Source: Marsupella aquatica
Taxonomy: Eukaryota; Plantae; Marchantiophyta
Assembly (NCBI GenBank): GCA_973895155.1
Contig: OZ316891.1
Location: 16,519,651-16,583,650 of the forward strand
Length of the DNA: 64,000 nucleotides
Direction of reading: 5' to 3'
Shown: piece by piece, positions 13,851-26,784 of the stretch
Numbering within the stretch: the first letter of the stretch is position 1
Layout of the letters: the number at the start of each line of letters is the position of its first letter
Notes under the pieces: model-generated
What the model saw: the letters and a program-made list of their open reading frames with translations, nothing else
What the model was told of the DNA's origin: nothing
Database searches by the model: none
Translations under genes and position numbers: made by a program

Positions 13851-14049
13851 GAATATATATCCTGTTTGGTTTTCAAATCAATAGAATGTCTTGTCTAGAT
13901 GCCCTAGATCTAAACCCCGTTCAATAAGACTTTCCCCTATATGGAAGGAATGAATTCAATATTCAATTAGGGCACTGCATAAAGGAACTACTACAATTAT
14001 TGAGAGGGAATCAAAGGAGTTAGTAGGAAAAAGTGACAAAATGAAAACT

Positions 14050-14330
14050 CTCGGGGGTCTCACTATATGGGGACCTCCCCATCACCTACGACGTTTTTAG
14101 GTCTTGGACCCCCTAAAATGTAAGAATTTTTAATTTTTTAAACCCCTGTAAATTTGGAATATTCCAATTGGATTTAAAAAACCCCAATGTTCTTATAAGT
14201 CTCAAAATTGAATTTAAAAGACCTTATTGTTCTTCTGCAAAAATTCTTAAGTCTTCCCTTAGAACCAATAAAACAACCCTATCCTTCTTCGCACGTGGTA
14301 TGACATTTTTGTGGAAGTGAAACCCCCGAG
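14050..14330. mobile_element. MITE (281 bp), CTCGGGGGT(C/T)TCACT TIRs, 8-bp TSD
   Basis: Perfect TSD TGAAAACT at 14042-14049 and 14331-14338; homologous to 50382-50672. Confidence 0.95.
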
Positions 14331-14776
14331 TGAAAACTTGACTAAGTTCTTCATTAAATTGAGAATACTCCACACCCGACTCCACAATGCTGTCATTCAA
14401 AGAATGCCCAATTCAAGATGGATACAAGGACCAATCATCATGATTGTATGCAATTAAAACCACCATTCAGCTTGTTCTCATCCATTCAAACCAAAATGCG
14501 TTGCCTACAAATGGTGACTTAGTTAAAAAAGAAGTAGTCTGTATTTATATCTTTAGGTGACTTAATTAAAAAAGAAGTAGTCTATATTTATATCTTTAGG
14601 ATAACATGTGCTACAACCCAAGGGTCAAAAACATCCACAATTATCAAAACCAACACAAATAGATGAATGGTACTTGAATTCTAAAGTTCTTAATTGAAAC
14701 CACTTCCTAAAATTCCAAAATTTGCAACTGAAACAAAATGTTACGTAGTACTATGATGTCTCAAAGTGCATGCAAT

Positions 14777-15776
14777 CTATATAATTCTGAAAGCTTCCTT
14801 GCACTTGTATTTGAACTCCTTTGTGATCAGATCAAGTGTCCTTTGCTTCTCCAAGAGTGCAACCTTAGCCATGGTGCTCTTGGCTTGGGACTCAACTGAT
14901 CTAGAATCAACTACCTGCTGTCTATCAGATTTCAAGCTCTTGAATTCAGTTAAGATATCAGCCATGCTTTCGCCAACACGTTTGAGACTGTCCTTCTTGG
15001 TGAATGGCTTGGGCAGAATTGGATCAATGCAAGTTGTTGCTGTAGGGGGTCAAGGTGGAGCAACGGATCCTGATGCCTCTGCATTGGAAACCTGACTAGA
15101 ATTACTACCATGCATGGCATCCTCCCTGATTTTCAAAATGCTCCTAGCCTTCCATGATGACATTTCCATTAGCTTCTTCATGAGTGTTGGGTCTTGCAAT
15201 GTAGCTCCTGCATCTCCCTCAGGGTTGTTCACCCCCGACTTCATGTCCTTAACACTGTCTCTCAAGTGCTCTTTGAGTGTCTCCTCTTTGAATGGTGAAT
15301 TTGGGAACTCCTTCTTGTAATCCACGTAAACATGACCCCAAACTTTCTTTGGAACAAGCTGCTTTGTTTTTTGCTTTCTCCCCTGCCTGAATTTTCTGGA
15401 AATGGTCCCAATACGCTTGCACAAGAGTTCCTATGTGATTGTTGTCAACAACTTGTCTTCCCTTCACCTTCTTCTTTGCCTTTCGCTTCCCGTCATCATC
15501 ACAGTTATGTTGATGCTGCTTGTCTCTGCGCTGCACCTCCTCAATGTTTGTAGCACTGCTAGAGCTATCAGAATCAGAACCAGAATCCATCAACATTTGT
15601 TTCATTTTGGATCCGCTGTTGTTGCTACTGTCAAAAATCACAGGCCCAACTTCTGCTCTCACCGATTCTAGTAAGAAAATTGCTCCACAAACTCCCGCAT
15701 CTTTAATTGCTTGCCTCTTAAGATCCTTCAGTATTTCATTCCAATAATCTAGTGAACATGTGCACCAGCAAAGCAA
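14777..15776 (-). pseudogene. Myb/SANT-like + coiled-coil accessory ORF of a PHIS-type transposon
   Basis: LVQAYWDHFQKI...PKKVWGHVYVDYKKEFPNSPFKEETLKEHLRD, then a coiled coil; frameshifted; downstream of the DDE_Tnp_4 ORF. Confidence 0.5.
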
Positions 15777-15832
15777 TTAACAATCAGACCCAAGATAGAT
15801 GCGCACTTGATCAAAAATTGCAATGCACAAAT

Positions 15833-16441
15833 GAATCCAATACATCCCAATAAATTTGTTATGACCTGGCCTAGTTCAATTCTCTCCTCAGCAGTAGGCC
15901 ATCGGATCTCATCCGCTATGGCTTCATTGACACAAGATGCAACATAAATTGCATCATCACATACAGAAGACTTAGCCCAGTTCCAGTGTGCAGCCTTGAA
16001 GTAGATTGTATTATTGTGTTTCATGTATAAAATGAAGCTGAACAATTGCTACTCTAATGAAGCTTTGCAAGGCCGTCCCTTGAGCTTATGGCCTTGGCCT
16101 GTAGATCGTGTGTTCATTTTAATTGTTGGACAAACCAAAGCACATAGCTCGTGGAACTCCTCAAGAGTGAAAATAGTTAAATCTTTGAATAATTGAGGCG
16201 TTGCTGCATACTTTGATAGAAGATCGTCAATTGGTCTTGTAGGATTCACTGTTACTTGACTTTCAGTGGAAAGCTCAATAGATTGAAAGCAGTCAAGGAG
16301 TATTAGGTATGCCTGCATTGCCATCGTCATCAACATGAACAACTGAAGATTTAATTCTTCAAGCTCATCATTGATTTCGTTGACTGAGGCTGGGAGACCA
16401 TCCATATCCATTTTGAGCTCAAGGAACAGCTGCATATCCAT
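15833..16441 (-). pseudogene. HTH_Tnp_4/DDE_Tnp_4 (ISL2EU/Harbinger-like) transposase, truncated
   Basis: FKDLTIFTLEEFHEL, GRPCKASLE*QLFSFILYMKH, WNWAKSSV, IRWP...GCIGFI; cut just before the expected DGT. Confidence 0.8.
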
Positions 16442-16799
16442 GGTCCTTCATCGCTCCTCAACAATTTTAGAAGTTCAATGAAATTGAAAGGCGTGCTAAG
16501 AGCGAGCGGGCGCATGAGCAAGGAAATAGATTGATCTACATGTCAAGAGGGTTGCTACGAGCTCAAGCAGTCAAGAATCGCAAATGGTACGTAGTGTGAT
16601 GTCGGTTCTTTCCAAAAGACACTTGATCCTGCAACTTTCATTGTGAACGTTTCACTTGTTGCATTTTACCCCTAACTCATCTCACTTTAGTGTTAACTCA
16701 ACCTCCTTCCATCAGTGTAGTTTACTTTCCAATTATTGGTGCCTTTTGACTAATCATCCATGGTTAGCTGAATCTGTCCGTCAAACTATGTCTAAACTT

Positions 16800-16963
16800 T
16801 ACAAATATTTCTATTATTAGAATATTCCCAAATTTTTGATTAAAAAGACCCTAATGAATTTAATTCCTGGAGAATTTTTTAAAGTCTTCCCTTAGAACCA
16901 ATAAAGTGGCCCTATCCTTTGTCGCACTGGATGTGCCATTTTTGTGGAAGTGAAACCCCCGAG
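16800..16963. repeat. Lone transposon terminus matching the right half of the 14050/50382 MITEs
   Basis: AAGTCTTCCCTTAGAACCAATAAA...GTGGAAGTGAAACCCCCGAG; left boundary approximate; no matching left end found. Confidence 0.85.
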
Positions 16964-17522
16964 CCAATGAAGAGCTCAGAGAAGATAATGCAACTTGCTA
17001 CATTCATGCGGCAGAAAGAAAAGTTGAAGATGATGGACCAATGGGGCATCACCACCGAGACAGGAAACAGGAAAACAGGAACCTGTACCATGAATGTTTT
17101 GAAGTTTTGAGCCCACATTTTAGCGAAAGGTAACACTTGATCGGGTTCCTTACAACAACTAAATGCAGTCACTTCTCCACCAAATATACATAAACCATCA
17201 AGTGGGTCCCACCATACACTGGCTGCTGATACGAAACACACTCGAAATGTTACTTATCTTAAAAATATCATCGGAATCGGAACTGTATTCTATAATATCG
17301 CTAGGCGCTAACCAAAAACAAACCAAGATTTCTAGCCCATTTAAATAAACTTCTTGCAAAAATACTTACTAGTGTAAGAGTTTAGATGAGAAGAATTTCA
17401 TTCCCAGAATGTTAAGAAATGGAAATTTTGGTTGCAAACACAAGTACTTTAAAGCATCCATCCGGCCCATGAAATGAAAGAGATTCACTCAGAACGGGGC
17501 AAACTTATGCTAGCGCCGGGCG

Positions 17523-20500
17523 CTAGCCATATATATTAACCAAATGTGATCGTTGAAAAGAAATGAAACGTTGCACATGCCTAGCTAGAATGAGCCTCAC
17601 CTCACCTACAGTCAAAATTGGCTGACTAGCCAAAGTTGAATCCACGACATCTAGTTTGAGGATGTTGGTATAAACCCAATATAGATGCTTGCAAGGCATG
17701 AAAGGCCGTCCATGAGAATGGCGACGATAGAAGTCCTCACAAGAATAGCAGGGGAAAATACAAATCTGCACCTAGTAAGCGTTTGCCGTATGAAGTTTCT
17801 CTTGGGTCTGGATCTGAAATTGTTTGCCCCAAGAGTTTTCGATTGAAACATCAAACTGTTGAATCAATGTCATCGGCTCCTTGTTTGCAAATTCAATTCT
17901 TTTGTTGTGTCCTTGTGAAAGATTTGAACGTGGGACTGTATTTTTACCATTCCTACTCCGAAGGCGGATATTTGGCTCCAGAAGATTGATTTTCTCAGGG
18001 AAAACATTCACATTGATTCGCAAGTCAAATGGAGATGGAGGAGCCTGACGTCCGGCCTTTGGATTGATCGCAATCCCTTGCTGAGATAGGAATTGGACCT
18101 TAGCTTCCGAAAGATTCGTGCCCTTCAAAATGGGTAGGGTATGAGGAAACGGGGGAAGATTCACCACATTACGACGGGGCCGACTCTTATAGCATGCATT
18201 ATTGGGACAGAACCAAATCATCTCAGGATGTGGTTCTCCCCTGAACATGCGGTATCCTTTGACAACAATGCCAACTACACCATCCGTTGATGGGTAACCA
18301 ACCTTTTTCAGACGATTTTGACAGTCATCTCGATCCGATTTACCACCAAGAGATCCATTACATTGAGGCCCTGCACCATGTTTCGTCACTCTTCGCAGGT
18401 GCCAAGCACCTGGTCGCACATCTGTCTCCAACATAGATGAGTCATGGACAACCCTTTGGAGGTTCGAAGGTGCACTTTGCGGTGCTACAGAAGACCTTGT
18501 CACCCTCCTCCACGGCGGAGTACTCCAATGACAACCTTCTTCGATTTCGCTTTCCGACAGATCCACAACGCCAATGTTATCGTGAACAGGTCCCTCTGCA
18601 TTCGGAGAGAATTCGGTCTTGTTTAAGTTTTTCCTCTTCATGCCTCGAGTATTTGGTGATGTTACAAGAATAGTGTCATGCCGATGGGAGTCTTGTGCCG
18701 AGATGTTCCCAGAGGCCTGACCTTTCCTCTTCATAGACTTTGTTGTAACATCCCCATTGAATGGACCACTCCTTTCCAGGTCGAATTTAGCCGCACCGGA
18801 AAGAAGCATATTGGAAACATCTTGGAAAAGTTTTGAAGAACCTGCCTGGTCCGCCGAACGGAATGCCAATTCCCAAATTGTAGGTCCGGTTCCTCGGTGA
18901 AGACCTCTCTTATACGCCGTGTATGCTGCAACTTGTGAGACACCCCTGTTTTGGTCCATATCACATGCTTCGAATAAGCCAGCCTTTTTCTTAGTTTGCC
19001 AAGCCTTCATTATGGAATGCGCCGCCTCTGAAGTAGTACAGTTAGGAATCATAGCGCTTTCCTCCACGCTTTTGTTCTGCATCCACCATAGGAGCAGAGT
19101 TTAGGAAATATGAATTAGCCACGTGTACATAAAATCAATGACAGCACCTAGCGCTTGCAACATTCAAACTAAATTTTTGTAAATTTAAGAAACAAGTGGT
19201 CCATTAATACTAGCATCGGGCGCTAGTATCAAAAACCAGATAATGATGAACGAAACCTACGAGACCACACTAACTGAAAATAATGGTAGCGCCAAGCACT
19301 AGTATGAGTTCGAGTGGTTACTGGATGTTGAAACTCACCAAACAAATGAAATTTCCCCATTGACGCCATCGGACCACCCACCACGCCAACCAACCTTGGA
19401 GCATTCGAAGCTTCCCTGGAACACAATTCCCAGATCTCCACCATACATCGATATCCCTTGAAATTCTGTACGCTCCAAGAAATGTGGACGCGTTCCTTAA
19501 AGAGTCCCACATCTTCCGATGCTCATCTCGTTTTGCTTCCAATACACCTTCAATCGAGTGACGATGAAATGATTGATAGAAGTGAAACGCATCCGATCGC
19601 TCCTTTTCTGGGTTAGGATGTCCTCCGAAAAACACATTCCGAACAACATTCCATCCAGCTTGGGCATTGTCAGCCATGAATCCATGGATCACAACATTAT
19701 CCAACCCATTTTCATGGCAAACCTCAATCATCAATTTCTAGGCTTTCTCTAAAGACTCTGAATCTTCTGCTTTCAACTCACATGTGAAAATTGTGCAAAG
19801 AGCACGATAATTGTGATCATAAACATGTGTGCTAAAAGTTATCCAATCTTTTGTCATCCTCCTCATCACATCAAAACTGACCCATGCCCCTTCCAATGGA
19901 CCTCCAGGCTGCATTTGGTGCAATCAATCAACTCCAGATCCCTGCCCTTTTACAGTCATTTTGAAAATATGTGGCCTATCCTCTTTACAGCCTTGACCTG
20001 GGAGCATGTAACGTTGTAGAAAGGGAAAGATTATGCATTTCTGCATTTCAACAAGAAACTCCAACTCACCTTTGCCTTTTTGGTCTTGCCGAACGCTTCG
20101 AAAAAGAGATGCAAACTTTTGAGGGGTCAAAACTACCATTAACGACTCCCAAATTTCTCTTTCCTCCAATTCACCAATGTCATTGTTGGACACACAAAGA
20201 GCCTTCCTTAAAGATCCAGTTATAGCGTTCTTCAGATCCGATGGTGTGGCACACGGCGTAGCTTCATGTTGTTTCTTTATGAAGTTGTGAGCAATCTTTT
20301 CAACACCACGAGAAAAAACTTTTCGACTGGGATGAGCATGAGTTCCAACATGCACAGCAAGACGGGACATATGCTTACAAGTATCCGCATCTAGAAGTAG
20401 TTGAGGGTACATATAAAAAAGCATTGCAGGACATGCTTCAGTACAAAAGGGTAATTGTTGGCAATAGTGACAAACTACGCCACCCTCGTCAATCATCTTT

Positions 20501-21447
20501 CCTACGGTATGTGGCCCCGCGAGTTTGGTTGTCCCATCCCAAGCTTTACAATTTCTTCGTTTCTTCCGCAAAAGATAATCACACTTCTGATTCTGACATT
20601 CTAGTGCTCCTGTACACGTCACTTTACCAAATTCCCAGAACATTTTTGGTTGTACATTTGCAGAGGTTGGAAATATTCGTGTCCAGAAGTAGTAGTCTTT
20701 TGGCCGATCCATGTCACGGAGTCTTGAACCTTTTGAAAGAAGACCTTCTGCGGGAGGCAATTCAAATACAACGTTTCCATTGTATTTGCTTGGGAGGCAA
20801 TTCACCTGCTCATGCCTGAAATCACATGTTCGGATGAATCGCGATAGTTCACTATGGCCAATTGGTTTGAGAATAGCATCCATCGCGCTTGGACGGTAGA
20901 CAATACCTCCCACAACACCCCCCGCAACGTGTGTCTCAGAAGGAAACTAACCTTCCAACTTGACCGAAGTTCCCGGATTGGGCAATTTTTGCGAATGAAC
21001 GACAACATCCTCCTCATCACTATCGGAAAGGTGAATGACTGGAACCGGATGAATTTCATTCCTAACAAAATTATCTTGAAGATTGATATAGTATCTCTTC
21101 CCAGCATTCAATTGCCAAAATCTGACTCCATCGTCGATATCAAACAATGCATCACCAGCCTCATCTCCAGAAGCATCAACAGGTTTGATGGAAAGAATGT
21201 CATTGATGCCAATGTCAAATCTTCCACAAAGATAGTTCTCACTAACCTGTTTGTACATAGCGGAAGAACCCAAAGGAATGCGTACAATCTCTCCAGTTCC
21301 AGAACGCAAGCACAACTGAATTAGACATTGCGGAACAATAATCCCGAATTGACAAACAGAGAAAATGAGAGAATAGGAGAACATAACCCGACTTAAGTTA
21401 AGTGAATTCGTAACAAACTCCAGAAGATTATCGTTTGTGAACGACAA
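17523..21447 (-). pseudogene. MULE-like transposase: GCM-like Zn domain, DDE core, C-terminal SWIM finger
   Basis: GNVVFELPP, CTGALECQNQKC, CHYC..PFC..ACPA, HVGTHAHP; SFDVM, GFMADNAQAGWN, AFHFYQS, NCTTSEAAH; SCEDF..CKHLYWV. One frame with stops at 20947, 19924, 19738, 17772 and a predicted intron 19338-19077. Start uncertain. Confidence 0.8.
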
Positions 21448-21995
21448 AACGGGTACTAGTTGTAAAATATAGAAACATAAATGTCGTTTGTCGTTTTGCC
21501 AACGTCACTACGTACTGGTAACATCAATAATATAGTTTGAGAAACATGATCAGATATTTACTAGCGCTCGGCGCTACCATAAATAAGTCATGGAATTAAA
21601 ACCTAAAAACCAAACTTCATATGCTAGCGCCAGGCACTATCATTAATCCACTTCCATTTAAAGGTGAAAAACTCTATTAATTTTATTGGAATAACAAAAA
21701 TATCAAAAGACATTGAGTTTGTTTGATATAATTGTTGTTTATAGGAAATATACACGTATCAAATATAGTTAGCGCCCGGCGCTGACATAATTTCATGGCT
21801 AACATCAGTGTTAATGATGTTATTTTAGTGGTTTTTGAATGCTAGCGCCTGGCGCTAGTATCGAAAGGAATGACTTGTATTATCCCAACGGTTACATCTA
21901 ACGGTAAAGTGCATGAACGTACTCATTGTTTCACGCTTTTTGTAGTTGACTTCCTTAACAATAGCCTACGGATCATCGCTCCTCCCTTACCCCAG

Positions 21996-22329
21996 TTAAA
22001 AAGAGGCGTTACATATACTCATTCTAAACAATATCAGCCACTTGTCCTTGTCATGATTGGTGAGTGAGATCCTTTTCTTGTGCATCGATCTACCTCCCAT
22101 GATGTCAATCGCCCAAGTTTTAAAGGTTTCCTGCTTGTTCTTCTTGTACGGTAATTTGTTCAGAGCGTGAGAATAGACACTGGCTCTGTGTCGTATAAGC
22201 ACCTTCGCAAACTTTGGGGCTCCACGATGTAACCTTCAAGCGCTCCAAGCTCTCCAAGAGGGTATACCATGGTTCCGGAGGGAGATCAGGGTCATTGCGA
22301 GAGTACACAATCTTCATTCTCTGGGGCAT
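21996..22329 (-). pseudogene. Possible small frameshifted orphan ORF of the large transposon
   Basis: ORFs 22120-22329 and 21996-22202 can be joined into a protein-like sequence; no recognisable motif. Confidence 0.25.
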
Positions 22330-24174
22330 TCTATTCGCGTCGTGTTACAAGATCGAGCAGAGCGATTCCTTCGTCGAACACAACACTCTCGAGCCAGAAG
22401 CCAAGAAGGGGCAGAATGGAGACTGATGGCATGACCGATTACGTTTTGGGAGAGGGCAACGAGGTAGGACTTGGAATGGATGAAGTCATCTCCAAACACA
22501 TTATGTCATTTGGGAAAGATTTCTGGGGGAATGAGAAGGAACCTCCACGGATTCCGCTTTGTCGCCTGGTCCACATGGAGGTTGTTCGGACGTTACAGAA
22601 GGAGAGTGCGTCAATTGAGAAATTGAAAGACTCATTCCGAAGTAGTGGATACAATCCCAAGATAGGAATGCGGTTTTTTGTACAGCCGACCGATTCGGAT
22701 GGTGTGGAGAAAATCTGCACTAAAGAGATCAGGAAGAGTTGGGATGCAATTTGGGTTGCTGAGAACGAGAAGTTTGAGCTGGAGTGCGAGGCAGATCCTG
22801 CCTTTATGATCTTGAAAGACAAAATGTTCTCAGTGTTCGACGAGAATCATCAACTTTACTCGTGGACGATGGTCACAAAGGAAAATCCTAACAACGTCAA
22901 GTATCATCCCAGAGTTCTCTGCACAATTTTCAAGGGTGACAAAGCTTCGCAAATTCAGATTGAGGCGGCTATGCACACTGTGAACCAGTACATTTTTTGC
23001 CCTAGCTTGTAATTAACGATTTCCGCAATACTTGGTTATTACATAAATACAGTGTTTATGGAGTGTTTATAGAATAATACAGTGTTTATAGGCTAATTGA
23101 GTGTTTAAGTTAAACTAGCGCCCGACGCTAATAATTGAAAACCTGGCCTATTGCAGGTTAGGGCAGGCCGTTGTTGAACCGTCGTGGATCCTTGACGCAG
23201 ACAGAATCCGAAGGATTCTTTGTCACGATCTAGAGCAGTACAAGTCTATCATTGACAGCGCCAATTATGCAAAGTTTGAGTATATCAAACAGAAGACTCG
23301 AAAACATTCTTGGTACACAAGAAAAATGCCTCTGGAAGCTCTAGTCTATATTTTATGCGAAAACAAAATTAAAGCTTACACTAACCAGTTCAAGATGGAC
23401 ATGGCACTGGCAGCAAGTCAAGGCAATCCTTGGTCGGCTGATGACATCACAAAGCGGCAATCGCTCATGTTGAAAGAATCTACTAAAGATTGGTCCTCGA
23501 AAACGTCCAAAATCACTCCTCTTCTTAGTCCTGAGTTTGAAGATTTTCTAGGTACCTGTGCAGAGATGTATGTTTTGACAGAGAAAAACAAGTGAGAGAA
23601 AAAACCAGATTCGGTTGTTTGCACTATGGACCGTGCCAGACTCTTCACTGCAGTTTCAGCGCTTGATCCAAAATTGAGATGTACATTGCTCGTTGCTCAC
23701 TGTACTCCAGAGTTGAGAAAACAATTCTTCCACCCTTCGAGTGTGAACGATGATCCAGTGAAGCAGTGGTGCCACACATGGCAAGCATGGAATACCATCA
23801 AGGGAATTGCAATTGGGATGCTACACTCGGCAATTTCCGCAGCGATTGAAACGCTACCGGTTGACAGGCTTGCCTAGTCAGGGTGTGACTCGGTAGAAAA
23901 TCTGATTGAAGTAATTTCAAGTGAATTCCGAAGGTATGGAGATCTTGTGAAGGCAAAGTTCTTCAACACCATGTGGCCATCAAAATACCCTGATAAAGAG
24001 GTATATACCGAGAAAAATCAGAAGAGGGCCAAGAGGTATTTGTATCGTTTCTACATTTGGATGGAAATTCATTCCCCGGATGCTCTTTGGGCGTATCCAG
24101 CCGCATTTCACAAGTGGATTACTGTAAAGGAGGGAGATCTTGTTTGTGACTTATACTCGATGTATCTTGCCGAG

Positions 24175-24595
24175 TGTTGGGTATTTACTCTTACGTCTAG
24201 GTTAGGTATGACGTGGTTGGTACAACAACGTGGGTTGGTACAACTACGTGGTTAGGTACAACTACGTGATTAGGTACAACTATGTGGTTAGGTACAACTA
24301 CGTGATTAGGTACAACTATGTGGTTAGGTACAACTAAGTTGCACACTATATCATAAGAGGCATGTGTGCTTGGAGAGGTAGAACCAAGGCTCATTGTTAT
24401 GGAGCCACTTGAGAGATAGGGAGAGCTTACACTGTGGAGACTCGGTATAGCCGACGGGTTTAGAGTTCAGTAAAGCTCTCTTGTGTGTTCCCGTGGCCGT
24501 AGCCTCAAGGAGGTGAACCACGTATCTCTTGTGTCGACTATTGTGCGTTGGATGGTTCATGGGCTTGCCGTTGCGATCGTCGTCTATGCTCAACA
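24175..24595 (+). repeat. Copia 5' LTR with 18-bp tandem repeat (GGTACAACTACGTGGTTA, about 7 units)
   Basis: Direct repeat of 30228-30648. Confidence 0.97.
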
Positions 24596-25926
24596 ATTGG
24601 TATCAGAGCATGCTTGGGAGGTGACGTGTGTTCGTGACAGGATTTCATGACGGTTTTTCCAGCGTTGAGTGTTGGTGGATTTTCCAGAGTTCCATCGCAT
24701 GGAACTTGGAGTTTATGGGCTCAACGGATAGATCAGGGCAAGAGCTTTCTAACGGTGTGAAGAAATCATTGAACGGAGCTCGTGGTGCAGAGAGATCTAA
24801 GTTTTCGTCGTTCTGGATTTTGTGAAGAAAGTTGGCAATCGACTCGGAGGGAGAAGCGTCAAGTGTTTTGACTCAACGGAGAGATTGAGGCAAGACGATT
24901 GTTTTTGAGTCCGGGATTGGCTCTTTGATGCAAAGAGGAAGGCTAAGCAAAATCAATTAACTTGTTGGACTTGGTGACGGCACCAAGTGCAATTGATCAA
25001 CATTCGTTGTTGACAAGGTACCATTTTTTTCTCTTTGAAAAACTGATTCGAAATTGGCTATGGCAATTGAGAGAAATCTGTCATCTTTACCAATTTTTTT
25101 CTCCCTCGTTCTTTCCTCGTTTTGGGTGCTTCTTATATCGATCTTCATCGCCTCGGAGTCTAGTTTCCAAATCTGAAATCGGATCTTGATTTCGTCAAAA
25201 CCCGAGTGAGATATCTTGCGTTTGGTGTCGAGGGGTACATTCTGCCGTGTGTATTTTCTGCGCGCGCGACCAGATTTCGACGACGAAGGGTGGTAGGGGG
25301 TTTTGAGGGTTCGAGGACACATGTCAGCCCCTCGATTGTTCTTCCAAAATTCCCACAGGGCCTGTACAAGGGTCATAGAATATTCCAAAAAACCAGAGAG
25401 CTATTTTTTGACCGTCCGACAAAGATTTCATCCGCCGAACGGTAACTTTTTTGGTTATTTTTCGGCGAGGTCGTAGCCATTGAAGTTGGCAATGTAGCGC
25501 ACCAATCACATCGCAATTCTGACAACGGGTTGTACTTGGTATTTCGGTTATTCCCTGAGGTGGTCAAAACGGGGGAGTTTCCCAAGGTTTTACCCACCTT
25601 GACCGAAATTTGAATAACTTTTCCGTCAAATTTCAATTTTGATTTTGGTTTTCAGTATTGGACTCCTAGCTTTGTGGGCTACGCGGCGGTGTTGAGTTTC
25701 GAGTTTTTTGAGAAGTTGTGAAAAACAACATTTTTTGTGACTTTCTCATATGAGTGATTCGGAGGAGTTTTTCGAAGACGTGGAACTTGAAGCATGAGGA
25801 TCACCGCGGAGGTTTCAGGGGCAGAGAGAGGAGCAGGAGGAAGAGCACGTGACACCGATACCATCACTGGTGCGGCGTGTGGTGGAGGAAGCAGTACTAC
25901 TACCGGAGCTCACGGTAAAGAAGAAG

Positions 25927-26784
25927 ATGGGGACTTTCAAGCTTGGGGGACCCAAGTATGAAGTGACAAAGTATGATGGGAGCTCTGACTACTTGCTATG
26001 GGAGAAGCAGGTGAAGGGAGTGCTTTATGCGTCAGGGATGGGCCAACTGCTGAGCCCTCGTGAAGACGATGTTAATGAGAAACAATGGGACCGCATGCAG
26101 GAGCAGGGAGTGTAGTGTGTTACACTCTATCTCATGCCTCCCATCATCAAGCAGTTAGGTGCACATAAGGATTGCATGTCCTTGTTTGCGGAATTGCAGA
26201 GCAAGTATCACCGCAAGGAGTTGTCGAACCGGCTCTACACTTCCTACAAACTGATGAGTTTCAGGATGAAGGAATCTGGTACGAAGTTGCAAGACCATGT
26301 GGATGCTTTCAACGACATGGTCGTTGACTTGGAAAACCTTGGGGAGACTTTGAATGATGAGACGAAGGCTCTACAGCTTCTTAGTTCATTGCCTCCATCT
26401 TACCAGTCCCTATCACGAGTGTTGTTGCATCGTGATAGGGATACCATTTCATACAATGACGTGGTAAGTTCTCTGCTTAGTGATGATCTTCAGCAGAAGA
26501 TGCACATCACGTCACAGCCTTCATCATCTGGTGCTGCCCTCAATGTTAACCGTGGGAGGAGTATGCAGCGACCAACTGGGGACCGTAGAACCCAGTTTAG
26601 ATCTAAATCCAGATCTAAGTCCAAGGGTAAATCCCCTCAGAGGAGGCAGGTGACATGTTGGAAGTGCAACCAAGTTGGACACTTCAAGCGAGACTGTAAG
26701 GGAAAGGCAGCGGAAACTTCATCGGCAAATGTGGCTAGGGCTGATGGAGAAGCTGATTTACTCAATGATGAGTATGTTTTATGA
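25927..26784 (+). CDS. gag: Copia gag (CCHC knuckle), in-frame TAG at 26113
   Basis: KYDGSSDYLLWEKQVKGVL, LLSSLPPSY, CWKCNQVGHFKRDC. Confidence 0.9.

Noticed and set aside
14050-16963. One element running from the 14050 TIR to the 16963 TIR
   Set aside because: TSD TGAAAACT closes the MITE at 14330; the flank at 16964 (CCAATGAA) does not match.
24205-24335. CRISPR-like or VVPNH-repeat protein reading of the 18-bp array
   Set aside because: No unique spacers; it is a tandem repeat inside both Copia LTRs, and the ORFs 24197-24394 and 30250-30447 are by-products.
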